A DNA stretch of 64,000 bases from an uncultured delta proteobacterium (GTDB lineage Bacteria > Desulfobacterota > Desulfuromonadia > Desulfuromonadales > JACZKF01). The position numbers and the translations under genes are program-made. The stretch spans positions 384,001-448,000 of the forward strand of contig CAWFKQ010000007.1 of assembly GCA_963816395.1 (NCBI GenBank). The letters are read 5' to 3'. Shown piece by piece: positions 12,018 to 22,469 of this stretch (its first letter is position 1; each line of letters begins with the position of its first letter). Below the pieces are notes generated by a model. That model made no database searches and had not been told where the DNA came from. It saw only the letters and a list, made by a program, of their open reading frames with translations.

Positions 12018-12963
12018 TCATGGGGGGCATACCGGGGTCAACAGCCGGCCACTGCTGAAGAAGCTGCGCAGATTCTCCAGGACGAGATCCTCCATCACCA
12101 GCCTTGTTTCGCGGGTGCCGCTGCCGATGTGGGGCAACAGGACCACATTCTCCAGAGTCCATAGCGCCTCCGGCACATGAGGCTCATTCTCGTAGACATC
12201 CAGGGCCGCGCCGGCGATCTGACCGTTCGCCAGCGCCCGCACCAGGGCCGGTTCGTCGACCAGCGATCCGCGTGCGATATTGATCAGAAAACCTGCGGGG
12301 CCAAGAGCGGTGATGATCTCGGCCGAAATCAGATGACGCGTCGCCGCCCCGCCGGGGGCGCAGACCACCAGAAAATCGGCCCAGCGAGCCAGTTCCGGCA
12401 GTGAGGTTGCGAAACCGAATGGCAACTCCGGAATCGCCGTCCGTGAATGGTAGCGGATTTCCATGTCGAAGCCGGCGGCCCGGCGGGCGACGGCGCGGCC
12501 GATGCGGCCCATACCGACGATACCCAGCTTCTTGCCGCTGACCCGCGTCATCAGGGGAAATCTGCCGTGCTCCCACGCCCCGCGCCGCACGAAGCGGTCT
12601 GCCGCGCAAAGCCCCCGGGCCACAGCGAGCAGGGCGCCGAAAGCGAGATCGGCGACGCAGTCGGTCAAGACCCCGGGGGTATAGCTGACTGCGATGCCGC
12701 GGCGCCTGGCCGGTTTCCAGATCGATGGTTTCGAAGCCGACGCCGCGGCTGGCGATGACCCGCAGGGCCGGCAGGGCGTCGAGGAGGGCGGTGTCGGCGC
12801 CGACCGGTCCCGAGGTCACCAGACCGACGAATTTTCCGCCATGCCGCCGCAAAAACCCGCCAGGGTCGGACTGCCGCCACAGGGGGCAGAGGTCGAATTC
12901 TGCGGCCAGCCTCGCTTCGAATTTCGGGGTGAGGCGCCCGTTCTGGAGAATGCAGGCTTTCAT
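12018..12963 (-). CDS. D-2-hydroxyacid dehydrogenase (glyoxylate/hydroxypyruvate reductase-like); frameshift at ~12710
   Basis: N-half ORF 12184..12963 (RGVGFETID) joins C-half 12018..12668 (GIVGMGRIG, INIARG, LDVYENEP, PHIGS). Confidence 0.85.
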
Positions 12964-12990
12964 CGCTGTCGCTTTCCCGGCGCTCGGTAC

Positions 12991-13875
12991 TTACCGCTTC
13001 ACCTCCACCTGGGCGAGCTTCTCATAATAACGCACCAGGCTGCCGTGATCGAGATCGCCCATGCCGTCCACCTTCAGGGCCTGCATCATTTCCATGACCG
13101 CCGCCGTCAGTGGCAGCGGCACCCCGATTTCATGGGAAGTTTCCAGGACGTTGGCCAGGTCCTTTACATGCAGATTGATACGGAAGCCAGGATTGAACTT
13201 GCGATCGAGCACCAGCGGCGCCTTCGCGTCAAGGACCGTGCTGCCGGCCAGACCACCGCGGATTGCCTGATAGACCAGTTCCGGTTCGACCCCCGCCTTG
13301 GTGGCCAGTACCAGGGCCTCGGACATGGCGGCGATGTTCAGCGCGACAATGATCTGGTTGGCCAGTTTGGTGATGTTGCCGGCCCCGATTTCGCCGGTAA
13401 GAACCACCGAGCCGGCCATGGTTTTCATGATGGGGTAACATTTTTCGAAGACGTCCTTCTTGCCGCCGACCATCACCGAAAGGGTGCCGTCGATCGCCTT
13501 GGGCTCGCCGCCGCTGACCGGCGCGTCAAGCATCTCCACCCCCTTTTCCACCAGCTTGGCCGCAATCTCGCGGCTGACCAGCGGGGCGATCGAGCTCATG
13601 TCGATGACGATGGCCCCCGGCCTTGCCCCCTCGATCACTCCGTTTTCGCCGAGCACGACGGCCTTCACCTGGGGGGAATTGGGCAGCATGGTGATGATGA
13701 TGTCGGTCTGCTCGGCAACCGCCCTGGGTGTCGCCGCAACCTCGGCGCCGGCGGCGGCAACCTCATCCAGGACCGCTGAGTTTCTGTCCATGATCACCAG
13801 TTGGTAGCCGGCCTTGAGCAGGTTCCTGCTCATCGGCTTGCCCATGATTCCGAGTCCGATAAATCCGATTTTCAT
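12991..13875 (-). CDS. garR: 2-hydroxy-3-oxopropionate (tartronate semialdehyde) reductase
   Basis: MKIGFIGLGIMGKPM, DAPVSGGEP, KLANQ, GFRINLHVKDL. Confidence 0.9.
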   Translation of the reverse strand: MKIGFIGLGIMGKPMSRNLLKAGYQLVIMDRNSAVLDEVAAAGAEVAATPRAVAEQTDIIITMLPNSPQVKAVVLGENGVIEGARPGAIVIDMSSIAPLVSREIAAKLVEKGVEMLDAPVSGGEPKAIDGTLSVMVGGKKDVFEKCYPIMKTMAGSVVLTGEIGAGNITKLANQIIVALNIAAMSEALVLATKAGVEPELVYQAIRGGLAGSTVLDAKAPLVLDRKFNPGFRINLHVKDLANVLETSHEIGVPLPLTAAVMEMMQALKVDGMGDLDHGSLVRYYEKLAQVEVKR

Positions 13876-13912
13876 CTGTAGGCTCCCTTTCGTTCGGTAT
13901 CGATTCGCGTCT

Positions 13913-14812
13913 TCACGCCAGTTTCTCGGCCCCGAGATTGTCGAGCAGTTTCCGCAGTTTCGCCATGTTCTCCGGTTTGCACCGGGTGTTCGGCCGGATC
14001 GGTTCGCCGACCTCAAAACCGAGCAGCCGCATGTAATCCTTGGTGACCACCGGGAAACTCCCCAGGTTGTACGCCATGCGCATCGGGGCCAGACGATATT
14101 GGGCTTCGCGGGCTCCAGCCAGATCGCCCGCCATGAACCGGTCGTAGATCTCGACGACCAGTTTCGGGACGATATTGGCCGAGGAGGCCACGGTGCCGAC
14201 GCCCCCGTACGCCAGGGTGCTCAAAATCAGGATGTCGCGACCGGCAATGACTTTGAAGTCCCGGTTCCTGGTGCGGCGGATGAATTCGGCGGTCAATGTC
14301 ATGTCGCCGCTGCTCTCCTTTACCCCGACGATATTCGGAATCTCGGCCAGCCGTTCGATCAGGTTTGCCGAAATGCCGCAGCGCATGCGGTCGGGGTTGT
14401 TGTAGAGCAGCACCGGCAGCGAGGTGGCCTCGGCAACGGTCCTGAAATGCTGGTAGAGTTCCTCGTCATTGGGGCTGAGGAACATCGGGTGCAGAACGGA
14501 GACCGCCTGCGCCTGCTGCTGCTCGGCCCAGCGGGCCCAGCGCACGCATTCCCGGGTGGTGATATCGGCAATGCCGACGTAGACCGGGACCCGCCCTCTG
14601 GCCTGGTCGATGGTGATAGCCGCTGCCCGCTCCTGCTCTTCCCGCTGCAGACCGAAAAATTCACCGTTACTGCCGAGGGACAGGATTCCGTGTACCCCGC
14701 CGGCAACGATGTGATCAACGATCTGGCGCAGGGACTTTTCAATCACCCGCTCTTCGGCATCGACCGGGGTGACGATCGGCGGGATGACGCCGCGCACAAA
14801 ACTTGTGTCCAT
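13913..14812 (-). CDS. DHDPS/N-acetylneuraminate lyase family enzyme (probable 5-keto-4-deoxyglucarate aldolase or dehydratase)
   Basis: PPIVTP, GSNGEF, YNNP, Schiff-base lysine in GVKESSGD; located between gudD and garR. Confidence 0.8.
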   Translation of the reverse strand: MDTSFVRGVIPPIVTPVDAEERVIEKSLRQIVDHIVAGGVHGILSLGSNGEFFGLQREEQERAAAITIDQARGRVPVYVGIADITTRECVRWARWAEQQQAQAVSVLHPMFLSPNDEELYQHFRTVAEATSLPVLLYNNPDRMRCGISANLIERLAEIPNIVGVKESSGDMTLTAEFIRRTRNRDFKVIAGRDILILSTLAYGGVGTVASSANIVPKLVVEIYDRFMAGDLAGAREAQYRLAPMRMAYNLGSFPVVTKDYMRLLGFEVGEPIRPNTRCKPENMAKLRKLLDNLGAEKLA

Positions 14813-14847
14813 GGGTATTTCCCCTTTCTGCGAGTCCTCGCCGTCCG

Positions 14848-16198
14848 TCAGCGAACCATGCAGGGGCGCTTGTTGTCGAAGGCCCAGCCTGGAATCAGAT
14901 ACTGCATGGCCGCTGCATCATCGCGTCCCCCCAGCCCCTTGGACCAGTAGAGGTGGTTGGCCTCTTCAATCGCATCCATGTCGATCTCGACACCCAGGCC
15001 GGGCCGCTCGGGAACGGAGATCGGTCCTCCGACGATCTTGAAGCGGATTCCTGGTCAGGTGCTGTCCGTCCTGCCAGATCCAGTGGGTATCGATGGCGGT
15101 GATTTTACCGGGCGCGGCGGCGGCGACATGGGTGTACATGGCCAGGGAAATGTCGAAGTGGTTGTTGGAATGCGACCCCCAGGTCAACCCCCACTCGCGG
15201 CACATCTGCGCCACCCGCACCGATCCCTGCATGGTCCAGAAGTGCGGGTCGGCCAGGGGGATGTCGACGGAATGAAGCTGGATGGCGTGCCCCATCTGGC
15301 GCCAATCGGTGGCGATCATGTTGGTCGCGGTCGGCAGACCGGTCGCCCGCCGGAATTCGGCCATGACTTCGCGGCCCGAATATCCGTTTTCGGCGCCGCA
15401 GGGGTCTTCCGCATATGCCAGTTCCTGGTGCCGCCCCTTGCACAGCCGGATCGCCTCTGCCAGCGACCAGGCGCCATTGGGGTCGATGGTGATACGCGCC
15501 TGGGGAAAACGGCTGGCGAGAGCGATGATCGCTTCAATCTCCTCCTCACCTGGCAAAACGCCGCCCTTGAGCTTGAAATCGTTGAAGCCGTAACGCGCAT
15601 GGGCGGCCTCGGCCAGGCGCACAACGGCTGCCGGGGTCATCGCCTCCTCGTGGCGCAGCCGCAGCCAGTCATCCTTCGCCTGTGAATCGGCGAGATAGGG
15701 CAGATCGGTCTTGTTCCGATTGCCGATGTAAAAAAGGTAACCGAGGATTTCGACGCTGTCGCGCTGCTGCCCTTCACCCAGCAAAGCAGCCACCGGTACA
15801 TTGAGGAACTGCCCCAGAAGGTCGAGCAGGGCCGCCTCCAGGGCGGTCACGGCATGGACCATGACGCGCAGATCGAAGGTCTGCAGCCCGCGCCCGGCTG
15901 CATCACGGTCCGCGAACTGCCGGCGCACCGCATTCAGGGTGTTGTTGTAACGGCCGATTTCCTGATCGATCACCAGCGGGCGCGCCTCTTCGAGGGTCTT
16001 GCGGATCGCTTCGCCGCCGGGGACCTCGCCGACTCCGGTGCGGCCGGAAGAATCCTTCAATATGACGATGTTCCGGGTAAAGAACGGCCCATGGGCGCCG
16101 CTGAGGTTGAGCAGCATACTGTCGTGGCCGGCAACCGGGACGACCAGCATCTCGGTGACGACCGGGGCCCCGGTTATCTTTGCTGAGTGACTCTCCAA
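14848..16198 (-). CDS. gudD: Glucarate dehydratase (enolase superfamily); frameshift at ~15040
   Basis: [48 protein letters not shown]. The shifted frame gives [29 protein letters not shown] start with GGAGG RBS. Confidence 0.9.
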
Positions 16199-16270
16199 GG
16201 GATCCTCCTGCAGAAGTTTTTGCCGCCTGTCCGCACGCGCCAAAAAGTTGAACGCTAATTATTCTCGGGC

Positions 16271-16299
16271 ATGGTAGCGCTACCATATTTAGCTGTCAA
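16271..16299 (-). promoter_or_regulatory. gudD promoter with perfect LacI-type operator ATGGTAGCGCTACCAT (16271-16286)
   Basis: Minus strand TTGACA-N17-TACCAT; a 16-bp perfect palindrome overlaps the -10 box. Confidence 0.8.
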
Positions 16300-16428
16300 C
16301 AGGATTTTGAACCGCTCTGGACGTTTCTGCAAAAGGCAGAGGCAATTAGAGGCGGTAGAGAGAACTTCACGTAGAAATTACAGCTAGAAAGGGTATTTTT
16401 ACCCATCGAAGGGAAGTGCTTAATGCTC

Positions 16429-16457
16429 TTGACTATCCTATTTGATACCGCTACCAT
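16429..16457 (+). promoter_or_regulatory. Regulator promoter with operator TTGATACCGCTACCAT (probable autorepression)
   Basis: TTGACT-N17-TACCAT with an overlapping degenerate palindrome at 16442-16457. Confidence 0.65.
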
Positions 16458-16507
16458 CGAAATTGGAAGCCAGCGAAATACTGATTCAGAGAGGATAGAT
16501 TTTCTCC

Positions 16508-17587
16508 ATGCCCCCAGCAAAAAACGGCAACAACCCCAAAGGGATCGACTCCGCGCCCGCCAGGCGCCTTGCGGGCAACGGCGGTTCCAGCCGTTCAACC
16601 GGCAGCGTCACCCTGGACGATGTCGCCAAGTTGGCCGGGGTTTCGCCGATTACCGTGTCGCGCGCGCTCAATCACCCCGACAAGGTGGCGCAAAAAACCC
16701 TGGACAAAGTCAACCAGGCCATCGCCCGCACCGGTTACGTTCCCAACCTGCTGGCCGGCGGCCTGGCCTCCCGGCGCAGCCGGCTGATCGCGGCCATCGT
16801 CCCGTCCATCGCCAACTCGGTCTATGCCGAGACGATCCAGTTCTTCAGCGACAGGCTCAGGGATTCCGGCTACCAGGTGCTGCTGGGCGAGTCCGGATAT
16901 TCGGAAAACCGGGAGGAATCCCTGATCACCGCCGTTTTGAGCCGCAGCCCCGATGGGATCTTCCTGACCGGGGTCAACCATTCCATGGCCTGTCGCCGGC
17001 TGCTGGCGGCCGCCAACATCCCGGTGGTGGAAACCTGGGACATCACCCCCACTCCCCTCGATGTCGTCGTCGGCTTTTCCCACGAGCAGCTTGGTCGGGC
17101 CGTCGCCGAATACTTGCTGAAAAAAGGCTATCGCCGTATAGGCATCGTTTCGGCCGACGATCATCGGGCGCGGATTCGGCAGCAGGCCTTTGTCCAGGCC
17201 CTGGCCAAACAGGGAGTCGTCGATGTTGCCATCAGTACCGTACCTGTGCCGACCAATTTCAAATTGGGGCGGGACGGGCTGGCCCAGCTGCTGGACGGCG
17301 GCTTCGGCGAAGGCGCGGTTTTCTTCAGCTCCGACACCCTGGCTCAGGGCGCTCTGGCTGAAGCGCAGTCCCGCGGCCTGGCCATTCCGGACCAGATAGC
17401 CATCGTAGGATTCGGCGATCAGCCTTACGCCGCCCACACCTACCCTGCCCTCACCACCGTGCGGTTCGACCGGGCGGCGATCGGTCAGCGCGCCGCCGAT
17501 GCCTTGCTGACGAGAATCAACGGGGAAACCGTGGAAGAAAACGTGATCGATGTCGGATTTACCATCGTGGAACGCCAGACGACCTGA
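16508..17587 (+). CDS. LacI-family transcriptional repressor (similar to the E. coli gluconate repressor)
   Basis: VTLDDVAKLAGVSPITVSRAL helix-turn-helix; GYVPNLLAGGLAS; VVETWD; sugar-binding domain. Confidence 0.9.
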   Translation: MPPAKNGNNPKGIDSAPARRLAGNGGSSRSTGSVTLDDVAKLAGVSPITVSRALNHPDKVAQKTLDKVNQAIARTGYVPNLLAGGLASRRSRLIAAIVPSIANSVYAETIQFFSDRLRDSGYQVLLGESGYSENREESLITAVLSRSPDGIFLTGVNHSMACRRLLAAANIPVVETWDITPTPLDVVVGFSHEQLGRAVAEYLLKKGYRRIGIVSADDHRARIRQQAFVQALAKQGVVDVAISTVPVPTNFKLGRDGLAQLLDGGFGEGAVFFSSDTLAQGALAEAQSRGLAIPDQIAIVGFGDQPYAAHTYPALTTVRFDRAAIGQRAADALLTRINGETVEENVIDVGFTIVERQTT

Positions 17588-17715
17588 TATCTCTTTCAGA
17601 GCCTGAGCTGCGGCAATTCGCCGGTCATCGCAAGAAACCTCCCGGCATTGCCCCGGATCCGCGCCAGCAGTTTTGTTATAAGTGGAGACCTGAGCACTCC
17701 TTAGTCAACCTTCCT

Positions 17716-17829
17716 GACGGCATCGCCTACGACCCGGCAACCGGGCGTCTGCTGGTTACCGGCAAGCGCTGGCCGCGCATTTTCCAGATCGAAATGCCAC
17801 CTTTGCGAATTCACTTCCAAGGCATTTGA
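17716..17829 (+). pseudogene. C-terminal fragment of a glutaminyl-peptide cyclotransferase
   Basis: Translates as DGIAYDPATGRLLVTGKRWPRIFQI, matching the family C-terminal NGIAyD...l.vTGK.Wp.lfei; no N-terminal part upstream. Confidence 0.65.
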
Positions 17830-17837
17830 TCGGGGGC

Positions 17838-19067
17838 CTATGACTTGAGAGCCTCGGCCAGGAGTTCCACCGGGTGCATGACCTGAATTGACTCGTCGTT
17901 CAAATTCCCGCGGATTTGCAGGCGGCATCCGGTGCATCCGGAAGTTACTATGCCGGCCCCGGTATTCTTGATTGAGGTAATCTTTTTCGAGGTAATGCCC
18001 GAGGATATGTCCGGATGCTGCAGCTGAAAGGAGCCGCCCCCTCCGCAGCAGGCATCCGCCCCGGCCATCTCCACGAACTCGAGGCCGGGAATCTGCTTTA
18101 GGATGGCGCGGGGTTCATCCTTAATACTTTGGCTCCGCAGAAGATGGCAAGGGTCGTGGTAGGTCACGCGTTCATTGATGGGGCGGAGAAATCCTGCAAG
18201 ATCAAAATCCTGCAGATATTGCGATATGTCCATCACTTTTGCCGCCAGGGATCGGGCAGCATCCGCATCTTCTCCCATTTCGTCCAGAATAGGGACGTAA
18301 TCGTTTTTCAAGGCGGCGCCGCATGTGGCACAATCAACGACGACGGCATCGACATCCTCGCGGTTGAGAATCGAAACGTTCCTGCGAATATTGTCGATAG
18401 CCAACTCCCTGGCGCCGGACAGAAAAATCGGCAGGCTGCAGCACATCTGATCTTTGGGAATTATGACGTCCACGTCGATACGGTTCAGGATTTTTATGAC
18501 AGAATGCCCAACGTTCCCGTACAGATAGTTTGTTGCACAGCCGGTGAAATAAAGCACTCTGCCTCTGGGGCCGGCCGCCCGGATAATTTCCGGGAACTGA
18601 TCCCGCAATGGCTTTGCATTCAAGGTGGGGAGCCTGGCAAGAGACAGGGTTCCGATTTTTACATTCTGGAGGAACAGAGAACGAAGCGGCGTTTCCAGGA
18701 CCCGACCGAAGAACATGGACAAAGACAAGAGTCGATTGCTTGCCAGCAGCCTGAAAAGGCCCTGTTTCTGCCAGCTTAGTCCGAATTTTTCAACCAGTTC
18801 AGCCCGCACGGCCTTCATCAGACGATCTATCTTGACGCCACTCGGGCAGGTTACCGTGCAACTTTCGCACAGCAGACAGGTGAACAGGATTTTGTTGAAG
18901 TTCGCCGAGAGCTCCAATTGACCTTCCAGCACTTTCTTGATCAACTGCACCTTGCCACGGGGAGAGCCCCCCTCATAGTTCAGTTGCTTGTAAACCTGGC
19001 AGGAGCTCATGCAGGCACCGCATTTATTGCACTTATGAACCTCTTCTTTCAGCTCGTCGGCTATCAT
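17838..19067 (-). CDS. glcF: GlcF-like Fe-S subunit (2x 4Fe-4S plus 2 CCG domains)
   Basis: CNKCGACMSSC, CLLCESCTVTCP, FTGC, MCC, YHDPCHL, CCGGGG. Confidence 0.85.
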   Translation of the reverse strand: MIADELKEEVHKCNKCGACMSSCQVYKQLNYEGGSPRGKVQLIKKVLEGQLELSANFNKILFTCLLCESCTVTCPSGVKIDRLMKAVRAELVEKFGLSWQKQGLFRLLASNRLLSLSMFFGRVLETPLRSLFLQNVKIGTLSLARLPTLNAKPLRDQFPEIIRAAGPRGRVLYFTGCATNYLYGNVGHSVIKILNRIDVDVIIPKDQMCCSLPIFLSGARELAIDNIRRNVSILNREDVDAVVVDCATCGAALKNDYVPILDEMGEDADAARSLAAKVMDISQYLQDFDLAGFLRPINERVTYHDPCHLLRSQSIKDEPRAILKQIPGLEFVEMAGADACCGGGGSFQLQHPDISSGITSKKITSIKNTGAGIVTSGCTGCRLQIRGNLNDESIQVMHPVELLAEALKS

Positions 19068-20449
19068 ACGGCATGCTCCAGGAAACTTCCCGGATTCAAA
19101 ATCCCCTTGGGATCAAAAGCGTCTTTCAATGATCGCATCATCTTCAGGCGGACCTCGCCGAGCTGCTTGGGCAAATACTTCGCTTTATAGATGCCAATCC
19201 CATGCTCGCCCGAGACCGTGCCCCCCACGGAAAGGACATAATCCACCAGCTCGTCCTTAGCCATCCCAACTCGCTTCATTTCCTCTTCATCTCGTTGATC
19301 GCAGAGAAAAAATGGGTGAAAATTCCCGTCGCCCGCGTGTGCCAGGACTGCCGTCTGCACGCTGTATCGTTCTCCGACTTCGAGTATTTTCTTTATGGCA
19401 TCGGTCAGAAAACCCACTGGCACGGTACTGTCTTCAACGATGCACGTCGGGCGCACTCTGCCCATGGCGCCCGCAACAGAGCGCCTGGCAGCCCAGAGTT
19501 GTTCATTTTCCTTATCGGAACTCGACAGGTGGACCTCTCTTGCCCCATGCGCCCGGCAGAATTCTGCCACCAGGGCGGACTGCCTTTCTACAGTATCCGG
19601 ATCGCCGTCCACATCGATGAGCAGGATCGCCTCGGCATCCAGGGGAAGTCCCATGTGAGCAAAATCCTCTACGGCCTTTATGACCGTTTTTTCCATGAGC
19701 TCGAGCGTCGCCGGTATGATCCCGGCTTCGAAAATCTTGGCTACCGTGGTCCCGGCGTCGTCGAGACGATCATAGATGGCCTCAAGGGTACGCCTTGCCT
19801 TGGGTTTTGGCAGCAGGCGGACCGTTACCCTGGTCACCAGCGCCAACGTCCCTTCCGATCCACAGAGCAAGCGGGTAAGATCATAACCAGCCACATCCTT
19901 GCAGGTCACGGTTCCTGTTTTCATCACCTCGCCGGAAGGCAACACCACCTCCAGTCCCAGAAGGTAATCCCTGGTGACTCCATACTTTATTCCCCGCATC
20001 CCGCCAGCGTTCGTCATGACGGTGCCGGCAATGGTGGCAACGGCAACACTGCCTGGATCGGGAGGGTAAAAGAGGTCCAGGCCATCCACGGCTTTCTGGA
20101 GTTCGGCAACGACCACCCCCGGCTCCAGGATGGCATATCGGTTGGCAGCATTGATTTCAAGAATTCTGTTCATCATGGAAAAACATATTATGATGCCGCC
20201 CTCTTTAGCCAACGAACCTGCCGTCATGCATGTTCCGGAGCCACGGGGGGTAACTGATATGCCGTGTGTGGCGGCTATTGTCATGATCCCTGATACTTCT
20301 TCGGTTGTTTTGGGAAAGAGGACTGCTTCCGGAAGAAACTCCCGCAGGTATCCATCATAAGAGTAGGTCACGAGATCTTCTGCGGTGGTCTTGCACCGCT
20401 CTTCACCGACAACAGAAATAAGCATGTCCAGGATTTCTTGTGACAGCAT
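19064..20449 (-). CDS. glcD: GlcD-like FAD-linked 2-hydroxyacid dehydrogenase
   Basis: PRGSGT, YPPDPGS, KYGVTRDY, GSEGTL, HAGDGNFH, SGEHGIG. Confidence 0.88.
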   Translation of the reverse strand: MLSQEILDMLISVVGEERCKTTAEDLVTYSYDGYLREFLPEAVLFPKTTEEVSGIMTIAATHGISVTPRGSGTCMTAGSLAKEGGIIICFSMMNRILEINAANRYAILEPGVVVAELQKAVDGLDLFYPPDPGSVAVATIAGTVMTNAGGMRGIKYGVTRDYLLGLEVVLPSGEVMKTGTVTCKDVAGYDLTRLLCGSEGTLALVTRVTVRLLPKPKARRTLEAIYDRLDDAGTTVAKIFEAGIIPATLELMEKTVIKAVEDFAHMGLPLDAEAILLIDVDGDPDTVERQSALVAEFCRAHGAREVHLSSSDKENEQLWAARRSVAGAMGRVRPTCIVEDSTVPVGFLTDAIKKILEVGERYSVQTAVLAHAGDGNFHPFFLCDQRDEEEMKRVGMAKDELVDYVLSVGGTVSGEHGIGIYKAKYLPKQLGEVRLKMMRSLKDAFDPKGILNPGSFLEHAV

Positions 20450-20470
20450 GGGTCGTTACCTCGCTTGAAA

Positions 20471-21536
20471 TTATCCTTGAATACATCCTGCCAACATCTG
20501 ACGGCTGAGACCCACCGCTGTGCCACACAACATCAGCTCCTCCAGAGTTGCATCTTCCACCGCAATTCCCCCGTTCCCGACGTTCCGCACTTTTATTTCG
20601 CTCCGGGTCGCCTGCCACCATGACATCGAGATCCACCGGTCTGGATTCTTTCATGTAACGAACGACAGCATCGATTTCCGCTTCCATCCACCGGTGGTCA
20701 ACAAATCGCTTGGGATCAACCAGAAACGTCAGCATGTTGTTTATGATGCCCCCCAGCCGGGGGGTTTCGGGCTGGATGGTGCCTCCCCCCGTGAGGACGC
20801 CGGCAAGCAGCTCGCAAAAAAACGCCAGGCCATACCCTTTATGTTCTCCCAGAGGAAGGAAGGCCCCGCGCGGTTCCTGGAAGATGACCCGAGGATCGGT
20901 TGTCGGCTCCCCCTGGGAATCCAGAAGCAGCCCGGGCGCAAGCTGCTCTCCCCGGTTCATGGCTACCCGCGCTTTGCCGAGGGCAATTTTGCTGGTAGCC
21001 ATGTCCAGGATGACGGCAGGAGTCTCAGCCGTCGCCGGTAGAGCCATACAAAGCGGGTTGGTAGACAGGCGGGCCTCCCGGCTGCCAAAAGGAGCCACGA
21101 GCGGAGCATGGTCAATGACATTGACGAAATGCAACGAGACCAGACCGGCGGCAGCCGCCTGCTCGCCATATGTGCCGACTCTTCCGATGTGGTGGGCGTT
21201 GCGGAGCGCCATGATCGTCAGGCCGGTGTCACGGCAGCGCTCAATAGCCGCGTTCATGGCCTCCGTGGCAACCCGCTGGCCATAACCCCGTTGACCGTCA
21301 AACACGAGTATCGAGCCGTTGTCACTGACCAGGCTGGCGGAGGTCCCCGGCTTCAGCAAGCCGGCCGTGAGATTTTTGATGTAGGCAGGCAGCATGCCGG
21401 CGCCATGGCTGTCATGTCCACTCAGGTTGGCCCGGACAAGATGGTCGGCAACCAGCTCGGATTCATATTCGTCGCTACCACTCTGCCGCAGGATAGATAA
21501 GAGCAGACGTTTCAGATTCTGTGCCGTAATGATCAT
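20471..21536 (-). CDS. Ldh_2 family (malate/L-lactate/ureidoglycolate; YbiC/HcxB-like) dehydrogenase; frameshift in a G-run at ~20570
   Basis: GHDSHG, DGQRGYGQ, HHIGRVG, STNP, LDMATS, HKGYGL. The corrected C-terminus ends at 20471. Confidence 0.85.
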
Positions 21537-21556
21537 CGACTTTTCTCCTGGGCTCC

Positions 21557-22469
21557 CTATTCGCGATCTGCGGCGCCATTGGAGCCTTCATATAATTGTT
21601 TGCTCCTCGTTTCCCGGGCACATAGTTCGGCCCACGACCGATCTGCCGCAGCCTGAATCGCTTCGGTATGCGCAGGCATTATATGACTGAAACGCCCCTG
21701 AGTCGCGAGATAGCGCTCCACGGGGAGCCTTTGGGGGCGATAATTAATCTCGTAACGCAGTCCGTCGAAGATCTCGTACAGCGGGAAGATATTGCTCTCC
21801 ACACTCAGCCTGGCAACGAGTGGCGCCTCATCCGGGGCGATTTTCCAGCCGGTGTTGCAGGGGGTCAGCAGGTGAATGAAGCGGGTGCCGCGCATCTTTC
21901 TTGGCTTTTTCGACCTTGGCCATGAGGTCCTCGGGAAAAGCGATCGAGGCGGTGGCAGCGTAGGGGATCCGATGGGCGGCCATGATTTCCATGATCTGCT
22001 TTTTGTTCCTGGTATTACCGGTGGGGGTGGTGCCGGTCCAGCTGTATTTGGGCGTGGACGACGACACCTGAACGCCGGTATTCATGTAGGCTTCGTTGTC
22101 CAGGCAGACATAGATGAAGTCCTCATTCCGGTCCGCCGCTCCGGAGAGTGCCTGGAGCCCGATGTCGAAGGTGCCGCCGTCACCGGCAAAGGCCAGCACC
22201 GTGACGTCGTCCACACCCTGCCGTTTCAGGGCGGCGGATATCCCGGCCGCGGAGGGCGCCGCGGTCTCGAAGGCGGAATGGAAGCTCGGCACCCCCAGAG
22301 AGGTATTGGGAAAGGGGCCGGCGATAATCGCCGCGCATGAGGGTACCACCACGACCACCGCCTTAAAGCCCAGGGCCTTGAGTACTATCCGCATGCCCAT
22401 GGCGTAACCGCAGCCGGGACAGGCGGCGTGGCCGGGGCGAAGCACGTCTTTTGTCGTATCGTTATTCAC
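21557..22469 (-). CDS. 2-oxoacid:ferredoxin oxidoreductase beta subunit (TPP-binding); frameshift at ~21900
   Basis: ACPGCG, AGDGGTFDIG, DNEAYMNTG; continues in ORF 21557..21895 (TPCNTGW, YLATQGRF). Confidence 0.88.

Noticed and set aside
21890..21910. Possible programmed frameshift at AAGAAAG in the beta subunit gene
   Set aside because: Not a canonical slippery heptamer, and the window is full of similar indels.
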